From NCBI GenBank assembly GCA_039915685.1, contig JBDSMU010000070.1:1741-65740 (forward strand): 64,000 nt of DNA. Reading direction: 5' to 3'. Every line of letters begins with the position of its first letter. Positions within the stretch are counted from its first letter, which is position 1. Both the position numbers and the translations under genes were made by a program. The notes under the pieces were generated by a model. It did no database searches. It was not told where the DNA came from and saw only the letters and a program-made list of their open reading frames with translations. Source of the DNA: Gemmatimonadales bacterium. GTDB lineage: Bacteria; Gemmatimonadota; Gemmatimonadetes; Gemmatimonadales; GWC2-71-9. Below are positions 19,111-27,413 of the stretch, piece after piece.

Positions 19111-19721
19111 TGCTTATCACGATCTCGCGGGAGGTGGGTGCGCAGGGGTCGGTGTTGGCCGGTCTGGTGGCGACCCGACTCGGCTGGCAGTTGATCGACA
19201 ATGAAGTGATCGAAGAAGTGGCGCGTCGTGCTGGTCTTACCCCGGCCGACGTGGCGCAGCGCGAGGAACGGGGGCCCACCTTTGCCGAACGTTTGGCGCG
19301 TGCTCTGGTGGCAGCGACGCCCGAGGTGCTCGCGCCGATGGACATTGACGCGCCCGAGGCAGAAGAGGCTCGGCTGGTGCGGATCACCGAGCAGGTCGTG
19401 GCCGACGCCTGCGCGGCGACGAACGTGGTGATGGTCGGACGCGCCGCCGTCGCGGTGATCGGCCGACGCGATGGTGCCCTGCACGTGAAGGTGGTCGCTT
19501 CGCCGGACCACCGGGCCGCAATCATCGCTCAGCGCGACGGGGTCAGTCGTGAGGACGCTGCACGAAGAGTGCGCAACAACGACGCCCATCGGGCCCGGTA
19601 TCATCGGCAGTGGTACGACCGCGACTGGCATGACCCCCACAACTACCACCTCGTGGTGAACACCGAATGGCTGGGATTGGATCGTGCTGTGGACCTGATC
19701 GTTGGTGCGGTCCGCTCATAG
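19110..19721 (+). CDS. cytidylate kinase-like family protein (degenerate P-loop)
   Basis: MLITISREVGAQGS...RLGWQLID...NYHLVVNT pattern; ATG shares a base with the MFS stop (TGATG). Confidence 0.8.
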   Translation: MLITISREVGAQGSVLAGLVATRLGWQLIDNEVIEEVARRAGLTPADVAQREERGPTFAERLARALVAATPEVLAPMDIDAPEAEEARLVRITEQVVADACAATNVVMVGRAAVAVIGRRDGALHVKVVASPDHRAAIIAQRDGVSREDAARRVRNNDAHRARYHRQWYDRDWHDPHNYHLVVNTEWLGLDRAVDLIVGAVRS

Positions 19722-21182
19722 CCCGAATGTGTCGCCGTGCGATGGACCGCGGCGGCGTTGCGGTTTCGGCCGACTCCATCCGACATCTTCCGAACGTGAG
19801 ATCCGGTTGGTCGCGGCGAGTGCCTCCAGTACGAGTTCACACGCTGCGACGGTCCGAGGGTGATCTTCGCGCTCCGCCAATCCCGCCTGCTCGACCAGGT
19901 CCAGCAGGCCACCTACCAAGGTAAATCCCTGCCAACATGCCTCAGTACCGTCGTCGACGCCGATCTTGAGCGCACCACCCTGCTCGAACCACTCTACGAC
20001 ATCCTCGACATCGAGATCAGCGCCGCGCGATGCGAAGACGGATGCCGCCGCCGCACGAATCACCTCTCGGGCGATCGCGTCACCCCCCTGCAGTTCCCCC
20101 TCATATTCGAGCTCGACCTTTCCGGTAATCGCGGGCAGGCCCGCGTAGACATCACTGACCCGCGCTACGGGCGACTGCTCCCCGGTTGCGATCGCGCGAC
20201 GCTCGGTGTTGCTGACAACCAGTTCCATCAGCGAGATGGGAAGGCGCTGGCTCACCCCCGATCGCCGATCGACTCGTTTGTCGTCTCGTGCTTCGAACGC
20301 GACCTGTTCGACAAGTTCTGCGATGAAGGGCGGGACGTCGACTCCGTCTGTTTCAGATCGGTTGGTCCACGCTTCGTCAGCCGTGATCCGCATCCCTTCC
20401 TCCACGGACCTCGGGTAGTGGGTCCGGATCTCGGAGCCGATGCGGTCCTTGAGTGGGGTAATGATCTTGCCGCGCGCGGTGTAATCCTCGGGATTGGCCG
20501 TGAACGCGAGCATCACATCCAGCGGCAGGCGGATCGGGTAGCCCTTAATCTGCACGTCGCCTTCCTGCATGATGTTGAACAGCCCCACCTGGATCTTGCC
20601 CGCAAGGTCGGGAAGCTCATTGATCGTGAAGATGCCACGGTTTGACCGGGGCAGCAGGCCGAAGTGCATGGTCAGTTCGTGACCCAGGGTGTGGCCGCCC
20701 CGGGCGGCCTTGATGGGGTCGACGTCGCCGATCATGTCGGCGATCGTGACGTCGGGGGTGGCGAGTTTCTCTACGTACCGCTGGTCGCGCCCCAGCCAGC
20801 CGATGGGGGTCTCATCGCCGAGCCGATCGATCAGATCGATGGCCTCGCGGGAGATCGGGTGAAACGGGTCGTCGCGGAGTTCGCTCCCTGCCACCATCGG
20901 AATCGCCTCGTCGAGGAAGATTCCGAGGGATCGAAGAAGCCGTGATTTGGCTTGTCCGCGGGTGCCCAGGAGGATGAAATGCTGGCGCGACAGGATGGCG
21001 TTGTAGACCTGTGGCAGGACGGTATCGTCGAACCCGACCAATCCGGGGAAGTGGGAATCGGGCTCCCGGAGGTGCTTGATCAGGTTGGTTCGGAGCTCGT
21101 CGCGCACGGATCGTCGAAGGAGCGGCGGGTGCGCCCACGGGGTGTCCCGGAGTGCCCCGAGGGTGGTGGGACGAGTGCTCAT
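19716..21182 (-). CDS. ChlI/BchI-like (Mg-chelatase-type) AAA+ ATPase
   Basis: Walker A-like LLGTRGQAKSRL, Walker B IFTINELPD, PLDVMLAFTANPEDYTARGKIITPLKDR; GGAGAA SD before ATG 21182. Confidence 0.85.
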   Translation of the reverse strand: MSTRPTTLGALRDTPWAHPPLLRRSVRDELRTNLIKHLREPDSHFPGLVGFDDTVLPQVYNAILSRQHFILLGTRGQAKSRLLRSLGIFLDEAIPMVAGSELRDDPFHPISREAIDLIDRLGDETPIGWLGRDQRYVEKLATPDVTIADMIGDVDPIKAARGGHTLGHELTMHFGLLPRSNRGIFTINELPDLAGKIQVGLFNIMQEGDVQIKGYPIRLPLDVMLAFTANPEDYTARGKIITPLKDRIGSEIRTHYPRSVEEGMRITADEAWTNRSETDGVDVPPFIAELVEQVAFEARDDKRVDRRSGVSQRLPISLMELVVSNTERRAIATGEQSPVARVSDVYAGLPAITGKVELEYEGELQGGDAIAREVIRAAAASVFASRGADLDVEDVVEWFEQGGALKIGVDDGTEACWQGFTLVGGLLDLVEQAGLAEREDHPRTVAACELVLEALAATNRISRSEDVGWSRPKPQRRRGPSHGDTFGL

Positions 21183-21264
21183 GAAGTTCTCCAAATAAGC
21201 TGGCGGAAGCTCAGAGGCCGGTGGGTGTAGCCCGGAAGCGATTGACAGGAATGAGTTTAGGTGC

Positions 21265-21292
21265 TTGACAGATCGGTCCCATGCCCTAACTT
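21265..21292 (+). promoter_or_regulatory. sigma70-like promoter candidate for the Met-rich lipoprotein gene
   Basis: TTGACA (21265-21270), 16-nt spacer, TAACTT (21287-21292); a second TTGACA lies at 21242-21247. Confidence 0.3.
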
Positions 21293-21370
21293 GGACGGCG
21301 GTGCATCGAGTGTTAGCGGCCGATACACGGTACCGGTCTCGGTGACCAATCATCCAACAGTGGAGAGGCG

Positions 21371-21574
21371 ATGCGGAAGTTCATGATGGTTGCGGCGTTG
21401 GTGTCGGTTGCTGCATGCGGAGAGAAGAAAGCCGAGGTCATGGAAGACAGCTCGGCGATGATGATGCCGAATGTGGACTCGATGCGCGTTGCAGATTCGA
21501 TGCGCGTTGCGGACTCGATGCGCATGGCTGACAGCATGCACATGGCTGACTCGATGAACATGATGAAGCCCTGA
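21371..21574 (+). CDS. small Met-rich repeat lipoprotein (67 aa)
   Basis: GGAGAGG SD; lipobox VSVAAC; the mature 51 aa contain 13 Met arranged as DSMRVA/DSMRVA/DSMRMA/DSMHMA/DSMNMM. Confidence 0.65.
   Translation: MRKFMMVAALVSVAACGEKKAEVMEDSSAMMMPNVDSMRVADSMRVADSMRMADSMHMADSMNMMKP
21476..21565 (+). repeat. five tandem 18-bp in-frame repeats
   Basis: gactcgatgcgcgttgca / gattcgatgcgcgttgcg / gactcgatgcgcatggct / gacagcatgcacatggct / gactcgatgaacatgatg. Confidence 0.95.
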
Positions 21575-21604
21575 ACTGAAAGGTTACCAACACCGATGCA
21601 CCCA

Positions 21605-21634
21605 GACGCCCCGGGCAGCGATGCCCGGGGCGTC
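21605..21634. terminator. bidirectional terminator-like hairpin
   Basis: Perfect 12-bp stem GACGCCCCGGGC / GCCCGGGGCGTC with 6-nt loop, between convergent gene ends. Confidence 0.6.
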
Positions 21635-21640
21635 GTGTAT

Positions 21641-22525
21641 TCACTGGTCATCGAACGGCAGGTCGACGACTGTTGCGGTACCGCCACCGGCATCGACATC
21701 TGCGCCGATGTCCACTTCGCGTCGAAGTTTCGCCATCCCGACCGGGCGACCGTCAAGCAAGCCCCAGGTAGAGATCGTTCCGACATTTTTGTCGCCGTTC
21801 AAAATGTCACTGCCTGTTGGTGCAGCATCGCGCCACTGCAAACCGCGCAACATCCGATTCGGGTGCCCACGAAAATGCAAGCGAGCTACGGTTTCCTGGC
21901 CGGTGTAGCACCCCTTGTTGTGACGCACCCCGTCGAGAGAATCGAAGCGCACCTCCTGCAAGAGCGTCCGGTCGTCGATTTCGCGACCGAGCGCAGGCCA
22001 ACCCGCAAGCACGCGAGCCGCTGATGCCCATCCGGCGGGCGCCTTGGGAAATGTTTCGCCGACCGGATTTGCGCCGGACTCTCCGAATCGCAGCGCGGCG
22101 AACGGCGCTGGACTCGCTGGCACGATCAGACCCGGTCCCGCGTGCGGATTACGGCCGAGTATCCAGGAAACAGCCACCTCGGTAGTTCGATCTGTCACCT
22201 TTGCGATGCGTGGCGGAAAGGTTCGATTGAACGCCGCCGCTGCCGTCGCATGGGCCACCGCCGGCACGATCATCCAAGCGGCATCGCCATCGCGAAGCAC
22301 CCACATGTCGAAGACGATCATTCCCTTTGCGGTGAGGACTGCCCCCCACATCAACGCATCGGGGCCATGACGCAGCACGTCGTTGGTATACACGCCCTGC
22401 ACGCACTGAAGTGCACCACTTCCCTCCACCCGAAAAACACCGCTCGGCATCGGTGCCTCGTGCGCGCCATTGCGGAGGGCGTCGAGTTCGGTCGCTGTGA
22501 GGACGAACTCGGGCGCGCTGGTCAC
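21641..22525 (-). CDS. ygfZ: YgfZ/GcvT-like folate-binding protein
   Basis: Signature NKGCYTGQETVARLHFRG; GTG 22525 overlaps the upstream stop (GTGA); the track ORF is extended upstream. Confidence 0.85.
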   Translation of the reverse strand: MTSAPEFVLTATELDALRNGAHEAPMPSGVFRVEGSGALQCVQGVYTNDVLRHGPDALMWGAVLTAKGMIVFDMWVLRDGDAAWMIVPAVAHATAAAAFNRTFPPRIAKVTDRTTEVAVSWILGRNPHAGPGLIVPASPAPFAALRFGESGANPVGETFPKAPAGWASAARVLAGWPALGREIDDRTLLQEVRFDSLDGVRHNKGCYTGQETVARLHFRGHPNRMLRGLQWRDAAPTGSDILNGDKNVGTISTWGLLDGRPVGMAKLRREVDIGADVDAGGGTATVVDLPFDDQ

Positions 22526-23184
22526 GACGCGATGTCGGGTGTATGCCGACCCTTTCCGTTGGTCGAAGCACGGCTGTGGACTGCGGCGCGACCCTCCAGC
22601 TCCGGCACCAGTTGAGGGAGAACCCGCAGCAGCACGTCGGCGCGCCCAGCGGCCGAGCGAATGGCGAGCATTTGCCGCGCCTGCGCGGTATCCCACGGAA
22701 CCACCGAAGCCACCTCGAAGGTGAGGGCGGCACCGTCGCGCGCCCAAGTTCCTCCCGCACCGGCATCGGTGAGCTCGGCGAGGGCGTTCCTGCAGCGGTC
22801 GCCGAGCCGTCGGAGTGACTCTTCGGTGTCAGCGGGGAGGTCCATGGCATCCGGGTCGTCGTCGAACTCAACCACCTCACCGACCAGATAGGGGGTGTCG
22901 GTGTCGCGGCTGTCGTGCAGCAGGAAACGGCTTTGCCCCACCACGGTTATCAGGGATCGATCGTCGGACAACGGCTGGTGAGCCTCGACCCGGGCGACGC
23001 ATCCGATGGTGCCCGGTTGTGGGGTGCTTCCGTCGTCACCCGGCGGCAGGAGGCCGAACTCGTGATCGCCCGACAGGATGTCAGCCAGCATTGCACGGTA
23101 TTTCGTCTCGAAGATGTGCAGTGCCGACCGGGTACCTGGGTAGAGGATGGCGTCGAGCGGGAAGAGCGGAATCGATCGGGTCAT
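22522..23184 (-). CDS. LON N-terminal (substrate-binding) domain protein
   Basis: MTRSIPLFPLDAILYPGTRSALHIFETKYRAM typical Lon N-domain start; no AAA or protease domain. Confidence 0.85.
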   Translation of the reverse strand: MTRSIPLFPLDAILYPGTRSALHIFETKYRAMLADILSGDHEFGLLPPGDDGSTPQPGTIGCVARVEAHQPLSDDRSLITVVGQSRFLLHDSRDTDTPYLVGEVVEFDDDPDAMDLPADTEESLRRLGDRCRNALAELTDAGAGGTWARDGAALTFEVASVVPWDTAQARQMLAIRSAAGRADVLLRVLPQLVPELEGRAAVHSRASTNGKGRHTPDIAS

Positions 23185-23234
23185 GATGGAGTATAGCAAA
23201 GCCGCGCACTGAACTGGGGTCGGGGAGCCGGGCG

Positions 23235-24125
23235 TTACGCGGCGCGAAACGTTCCCAGGTGCCGTACCTCGGGACAGTCTCGCAACTTGGCGAAGGCTCG
23301 TTCCCGGAGTTGACGGATCCGCTCGCGGGTCACTCCGAGCGCCTCGCCGATCTGTTCCAAGGTCCGCGCCTCATGGGCGGGATCAAGCCCGTAGTAAAGC
23401 GACAGGATACGGCGCTCACGGGGCGTGAGGTATCGCCGGAAGATGCGTTCGAGGAAATCCTTGCGTAGCACCTCGTCGGTGCGGGTCTCGATTTCGCTTC
23501 CTTCGCCGACCGGAAGCCGTTCGCCGAGCGTCGCGGCGCGCGCGTCGCCATGGTCGACCGGCGCATCCAGGGAGACTTCGGTCACGAAGAGGCGCTTCGC
23601 GCTTCGAATGTCCGCCAAGGGCAGCTGCAGCGCCGTCGCGAGCTCCTCGTCGGTGGGCGTCCGACCGATTTCCTGCGCTAGCAGGCCTTGGGCCTTCGCG
23701 AACCGCACGACGGCAGTGTTCTGGTTGAGCGGGAACCGCACTGATCGGGTCTGCTCGGCGAGGGCTTTGAGCACCGCCTGGCGCACCCACCACACTGCGT
23801 AGGAGATGAACTTGACCCCGCGGTCGGGGTCGAACTTTCCCACTGCGCGAAGCAGGCCCTCGTTGCCGATCGCCACGAGGTCGCCGAGGTCGAGGCCATG
23901 CCCCTGATACCGCTTGACGAATGCGATGACGAATCGGAGGTTCGCCGTCACCAGTCTCTCGGCCGCTGCGCTGTCGCCAGCGCGCGCCAGTCGGGCCAAG
24001 GAACGTTCCTCCTCGATATTACTGATCATCGGGAGGTCCTTGATGTCGCGCAGGTACTGCTCGAACGACTCGGCCGCGTCGAGGGGGACGCGCGGCCGCG
24101 GGACGGTCCGGCGGGTACGGGGCAT
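23235..24125 (-). CDS. sigma-70 family RNA polymerase sigma factor (regions 2, 3 and 4; RpoD/RpoS-like short form)
   Basis: LVTANLRFVIAFVKRYQGHGLDLGDLVAIGNEGLLRAVGKFDP (region 2), FISYAVWWVRQAV, TLEQIGEALGVTRERIRQLRERAFAKLR (region 4.2). Confidence 0.9.
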   Translation of the reverse strand: MPRTRRTVPRPRVPLDAAESFEQYLRDIKDLPMISNIEEERSLARLARAGDSAAAERLVTANLRFVIAFVKRYQGHGLDLGDLVAIGNEGLLRAVGKFDPDRGVKFISYAVWWVRQAVLKALAEQTRSVRFPLNQNTAVVRFAKAQGLLAQEIGRTPTDEELATALQLPLADIRSAKRLFVTEVSLDAPVDHGDARAATLGERLPVGEGSEIETRTDEVLRKDFLERIFRRYLTPRERRILSLYYGLDPAHEARTLEQIGEALGVTRERIRQLRERAFAKLRDCPEVRHLGTFRAA

Positions 24126-24398
24126 GGAGGCCAGGGCGATGTGAGGATGTTAAAGGGATGGCACACTGCTGGTGCAACAAGCAAGATCGCCGCTCCGGCG
24201 CGCCTGTCAAGACCCTCTAAATCTCTACATCACAACAACTTGCGTAATATGTTGTTGCGCGTTTCCTGCACATTATCCACGCCAAGGTTTCCACGAGAGT
24301 GTGCAAGGAACCCACAACTGCCGTTGCAGGCTGATGTTGCGAGTATGCAGCGACCCAGACGATGTGGATAAGTATGTGGAGTTGATACCGGCGCAGGG

Positions 24399-25451
24399 TC
24401 AGCCAACATCGCAGGGGTCGATGGCGGTGGTCCACCGACCATCGGCGCGAGCTGCCGCGCCAAACCGTTCGAGCAACGCGGCGTGAACGACTCCGATTCG
24501 GTTCTTCTTGTCCGCCGACATGGCATGGCGCATTGCCTTGACGTCGACCGAGGCTGGAATGTTGGTCGGGAGGTGCATCGCGGTGAGGAGATCGACAATG
24601 CGATCAGATGTGCCTGCCGCGCACACTCCCATTGATTCTGCGAGTCGCGATTCGGCCACCAGACCCATTGAAACGGCTTCGCCATGCGGAATGCCGTAGC
24701 TCGTTGCACGTTCGATTGCATGCGCGACCGTGTGACCGGCGTTCAGGATCGCGCGGGTACCTGATTCATGTTCGTCGCCCGCGACGACATCTGCCTTGAG
24801 CTCGACGCTGCGGGTGACGAGCTGTGCGACGGTGGCAGGGTCGCGGCTGAGAATGGCTGGGATGTTGGCCGCCATCCATTCGCCGTAGGCGGCGTCGAGG
24901 ATTGCGGCATGCTTCACCGCCTCCGCAAGTCCTTCGCGGAAGGCGCGATCGGGCAGCGTATGCAGCATCTCGGTATCGGCAATAACTGCGGATGGAGGAT
25001 GGAACGCGCCGACGAGATTCTTGCCTCGGTCGGTGTCGACGCCGGTCTTTCCGCCAACGGCGGCGTCGATCATCGCGAGCGTCGTGGTCGGCACCGCCAC
25101 CCACGGCACGCCGCGGAGGAAGGTTGCGGCGACGAATCCCGCCAGGTCGGTGGTCACTCCGCCACCGAATGCCACGACCACGATGTTGCGATCGAATCCC
25201 GCTTCGAGCAATTCGTCGGTCAGCCGTGCCCATGTATCGCGCTGCTTGCTCCGTTCTCCAGCTGGGAAGGAAAATGTGCGGGCGGCAGCAAGCGGGGACG
25301 GCAGCGCTGCCAGCACCGATTCGTCGGCAATCAACGCAACCGGCACACCCGTATGCACATCGTCGAGGTGACGCTGGAGCGTGTCGGCGATGCCGGTGCC
25401 CACGATCACGGGATAGCTACCCGCAGCGTGGCGAACCACGATCGTTTTCAC
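24399..25451 (-). CDS. aroB: 3-dehydroquinate synthase
   Basis: GGGVTTDLAGFVAATFLRGVPWVAVPTTTLAMIDAAVGGKTGV; GTG 25451 overlaps the upstream stop (GTGA). Confidence 0.92.
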   Translation of the reverse strand: MKTIVVRHAAGSYPVIVGTGIADTLQRHLDDVHTGVPVALIADESVLAALPSPLAAARTFSFPAGERSKQRDTWARLTDELLEAGFDRNIVVVAFGGGVTTDLAGFVAATFLRGVPWVAVPTTTLAMIDAAVGGKTGVDTDRGKNLVGAFHPPSAVIADTEMLHTLPDRAFREGLAEAVKHAAILDAAYGEWMAANIPAILSRDPATVAQLVTRSVELKADVVAGDEHESGTRAILNAGHTVAHAIERATSYGIPHGEAVSMGLVAESRLAESMGVCAAGTSDRIVDLLTAMHLPTNIPASVDVKAMRHAMSADKKNRIGVVHAALLERFGAAARADGRWTTAIDPCDVG

Positions 25452-25996
25452 CAGATGACGTCGCTTGTGCCGGCACGGTGGTTCGCGAGGCGTGCCAGCG
25501 TGAAGAGCAGGTCTGAAAGACGGTTGAGGTAGATGAGGAATTCGGGCGGAACGTCTTCGGCGCTGGCGAGCGTGATCACGCTGCGCTCGGCGCGGCGGCA
25601 CACCGTTCGTGCGACGTGAAACGCCGCTGCACCCGCGGTGCCTCCGGGAAGGATGAAAGCTTTCAGCGGTTCAAGTTCGGTGTCAGCGGCATCGATCGTG
25701 GCTTCGAACTCCGCAACGCGGGTGTCCGATAGTTCAGCTTTCTCGAGGGCACGACGGACCTTGGCCGGATCGGGCGTCGCGAGGTGTCCGCCAATCGCGA
25801 ACAGGTCGCGCTGGATGTGCTCCATGAGCTCGCCGTGGAGGCCGGGTTCGGCGGCGCGTGCCACGCCGATCACCGAGTTGAGTTCGTCGACGTCTCCATA
25901 TGCCGCGACGCGCACGTGATCCTTGCGAACGCGTCCGCCACCGAAGAGTGCAGTGTCGCCCCCGTCTCCGGTCCGGGTATAGATCTTCATGGCCAT
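25448..25996 (-). CDS. PduO-type ATP:cob(I)alamin adenosyltransferase
   Basis: MAMKIYTRTGDGGDTALFGG N-terminus; GGAGGG SD before ATG 25996. Confidence 0.9.
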   Translation of the reverse strand: MAMKIYTRTGDGGDTALFGGGRVRKDHVRVAAYGDVDELNSVIGVARAAEPGLHGELMEHIQRDLFAIGGHLATPDPAKVRRALEKAELSDTRVAEFEATIDAADTELEPLKAFILPGGTAGAAAFHVARTVCRRAERSVITLASAEDVPPEFLIYLNRLSDLLFTLARLANHRAGTSDVIW

Positions 25997-26024
25997 GACG
26001 CGTTCGCCCTCCGGCTCTGGTTGA

Positions 26025-27413
26025 TCACTCGTGCTTCCCCCATTCCACCGCGTCGAGCATGTCGGACACGCTGATGAGCTTCTCACGTGGCCGACCGGCC
26101 GGGGCGCCCGCGGCGACTTCCGCCAGATCGATCGCCTGCCAGCCGGCCCAGTCGACAACCCTCACGCCGCGCGCCGCCAGCAGCCCGTCGGCGGAAGTGT
26201 CAGGCCGACGCGCCGTGTCGATCACGCCCGCGGTGACGTCCTCGAGCAGCTCGGCAACCGTGTCGGCGGCGCATGATTTGTTGGTGCCGATCACGCCGCT
26301 CGGACCCCGCTTGATCCAGCCGCACACGTACAATCCGGGGACAGTCTGGTCGCCATCGTCCACCACCCGCCCACCGGCGTTGGGAATGATGCCGCGGCCG
26401 TAGTCGAACGGTACTCCATCGAGCGGGACGCCTCGGTATCCCACCGAGCGGAAGACCAGTCCGATGTCGAGCGTCTCGAATCGGTCGGTCGGAACGGCGC
26501 GAACACTTCCCCGATCGTCAGGGACGAGGTCATTGCGCACGATGCGGAGCCCCTGAACCTGTGACTCACCGAGGATCTCGACCGGAGAGGCTGCAAAGTG
26601 GAAGACGATGCGTCGCCGCGCCCGGGTCGTACCGTGGTCCGCCCACCTGCGGAAGATCTCCATGTTCTTGGTCGCGGTGCGATCGTCTCCGGTGGCGAGG
26701 TGCGCCGCACTCAATGGATCGAGGACGAGGTCGGCCGGGTCGACGATTGCATCGACCCCATCGAGTTCGCCAAGCTCACGGAGTTCGGGTGTGGTGCACG
26801 CTGCCTGCACCGGCCCGCGACGGCCGATAATGTGCACCGCTTCGATCCTTGAATCGTGCAGGGCCCGGAGTGCCGGGCTCACCAAATCGGTTGGTGCGAG
26901 TGTGACTGCATCACGGGCGAGGATTCGCGTGACATCGATCGCGACGTTGCCGAGCCCGACCACTGCTGCCTCGCGCTGGGTGAGGTCGAAAGTACGGTCG
27001 GCGAAGTCTGGGTGGCCGTTGTACCAGCCGACGAAATCGGTGGCGGCGTGACTGCCGGGGAGTTGTTCGCCGGGAATCTCGAGCTGCCGATCGGTCTGCG
27101 CACCAGTCGCGATGATCACCGCGTGATACGCCGACTTCAGTTCCTCGATCGTGATATCCTGACCGATCGTGACATGCCCGAAAAACCGGAATCCCGGGTG
27201 CGACGCGATCCGGTCATAAATCCGGGTCACCGACTTGATCTTGGGATGGTCAGGTGCCACGCCACCGCGCACCAGCCCGAACGGAGTGGGGAGACGGTCG
27301 AAGAGGTCGATCGCCACGTCGGGGAGTGCCTTCTGCAGCGCCTCTGCGGCGTAAAAGCCTGACGGACCCGCGCCGATGATCGCGATCCGCGGCGCGGTTG
27401 GCGTGGACGTCAT
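26025..27413 (-). CDS. FprA/adrenodoxin-reductase-type NADPH:ferredoxin reductase
   Basis: IAIIGAGPSGFYAA FAD fold, LPTPFGLVRGGVAPDHPK, second dinucleotide fold VVGLGNVAIDV. Confidence 0.88.
   Translation of the reverse strand: MTSTPTAPRIAIIGAGPSGFYAAEALQKALPDVAIDLFDRLPTPFGLVRGGVAPDHPKIKSVTRIYDRIASHPGFRFFGHVTIGQDITIEELKSAYHAVIIATGAQTDRQLEIPGEQLPGSHAATDFVGWYNGHPDFADRTFDLTQREAAVVGLGNVAIDVTRILARDAVTLAPTDLVSPALRALHDSRIEAVHIIGRRGPVQAACTTPELRELGELDGVDAIVDPADLVLDPLSAAHLATGDDRTATKNMEIFRRWADHGTTRARRRIVFHFAASPVEILGESQVQGLRIVRNDLVPDDRGSVRAVPTDRFETLDIGLVFRSVGYRGVPLDGVPFDYGRGIIPNAGGRVVDDGDQTVPGLYVCGWIKRGPSGVIGTNKSCAADTVAELLEDVTAGVIDTARRPDTSADGLLAARGVRVVDWAGWQAIDLAEVAAGAPAGRPREKLISVSDMLDAVEWGKHE

Noticed and set aside
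21476-21565. Possible CRISPR-like or non-coding tandem repeat
   Set aside because: The units are directly adjacent (no spacers), only 18 bp long, and maintain an open reading frame with SD and lipobox. They are interpreted as a coding repeat.
24172-24486. 104-aa (+) and 72-aa (-, 24217-24435) ORFs in the sigma-factor upstream region
   Set aside because: The translations are Cys/His/Arg-rich. The region has low GC3 compared with all confident genes. Neither ORF has an SD or coupling to neighbours.
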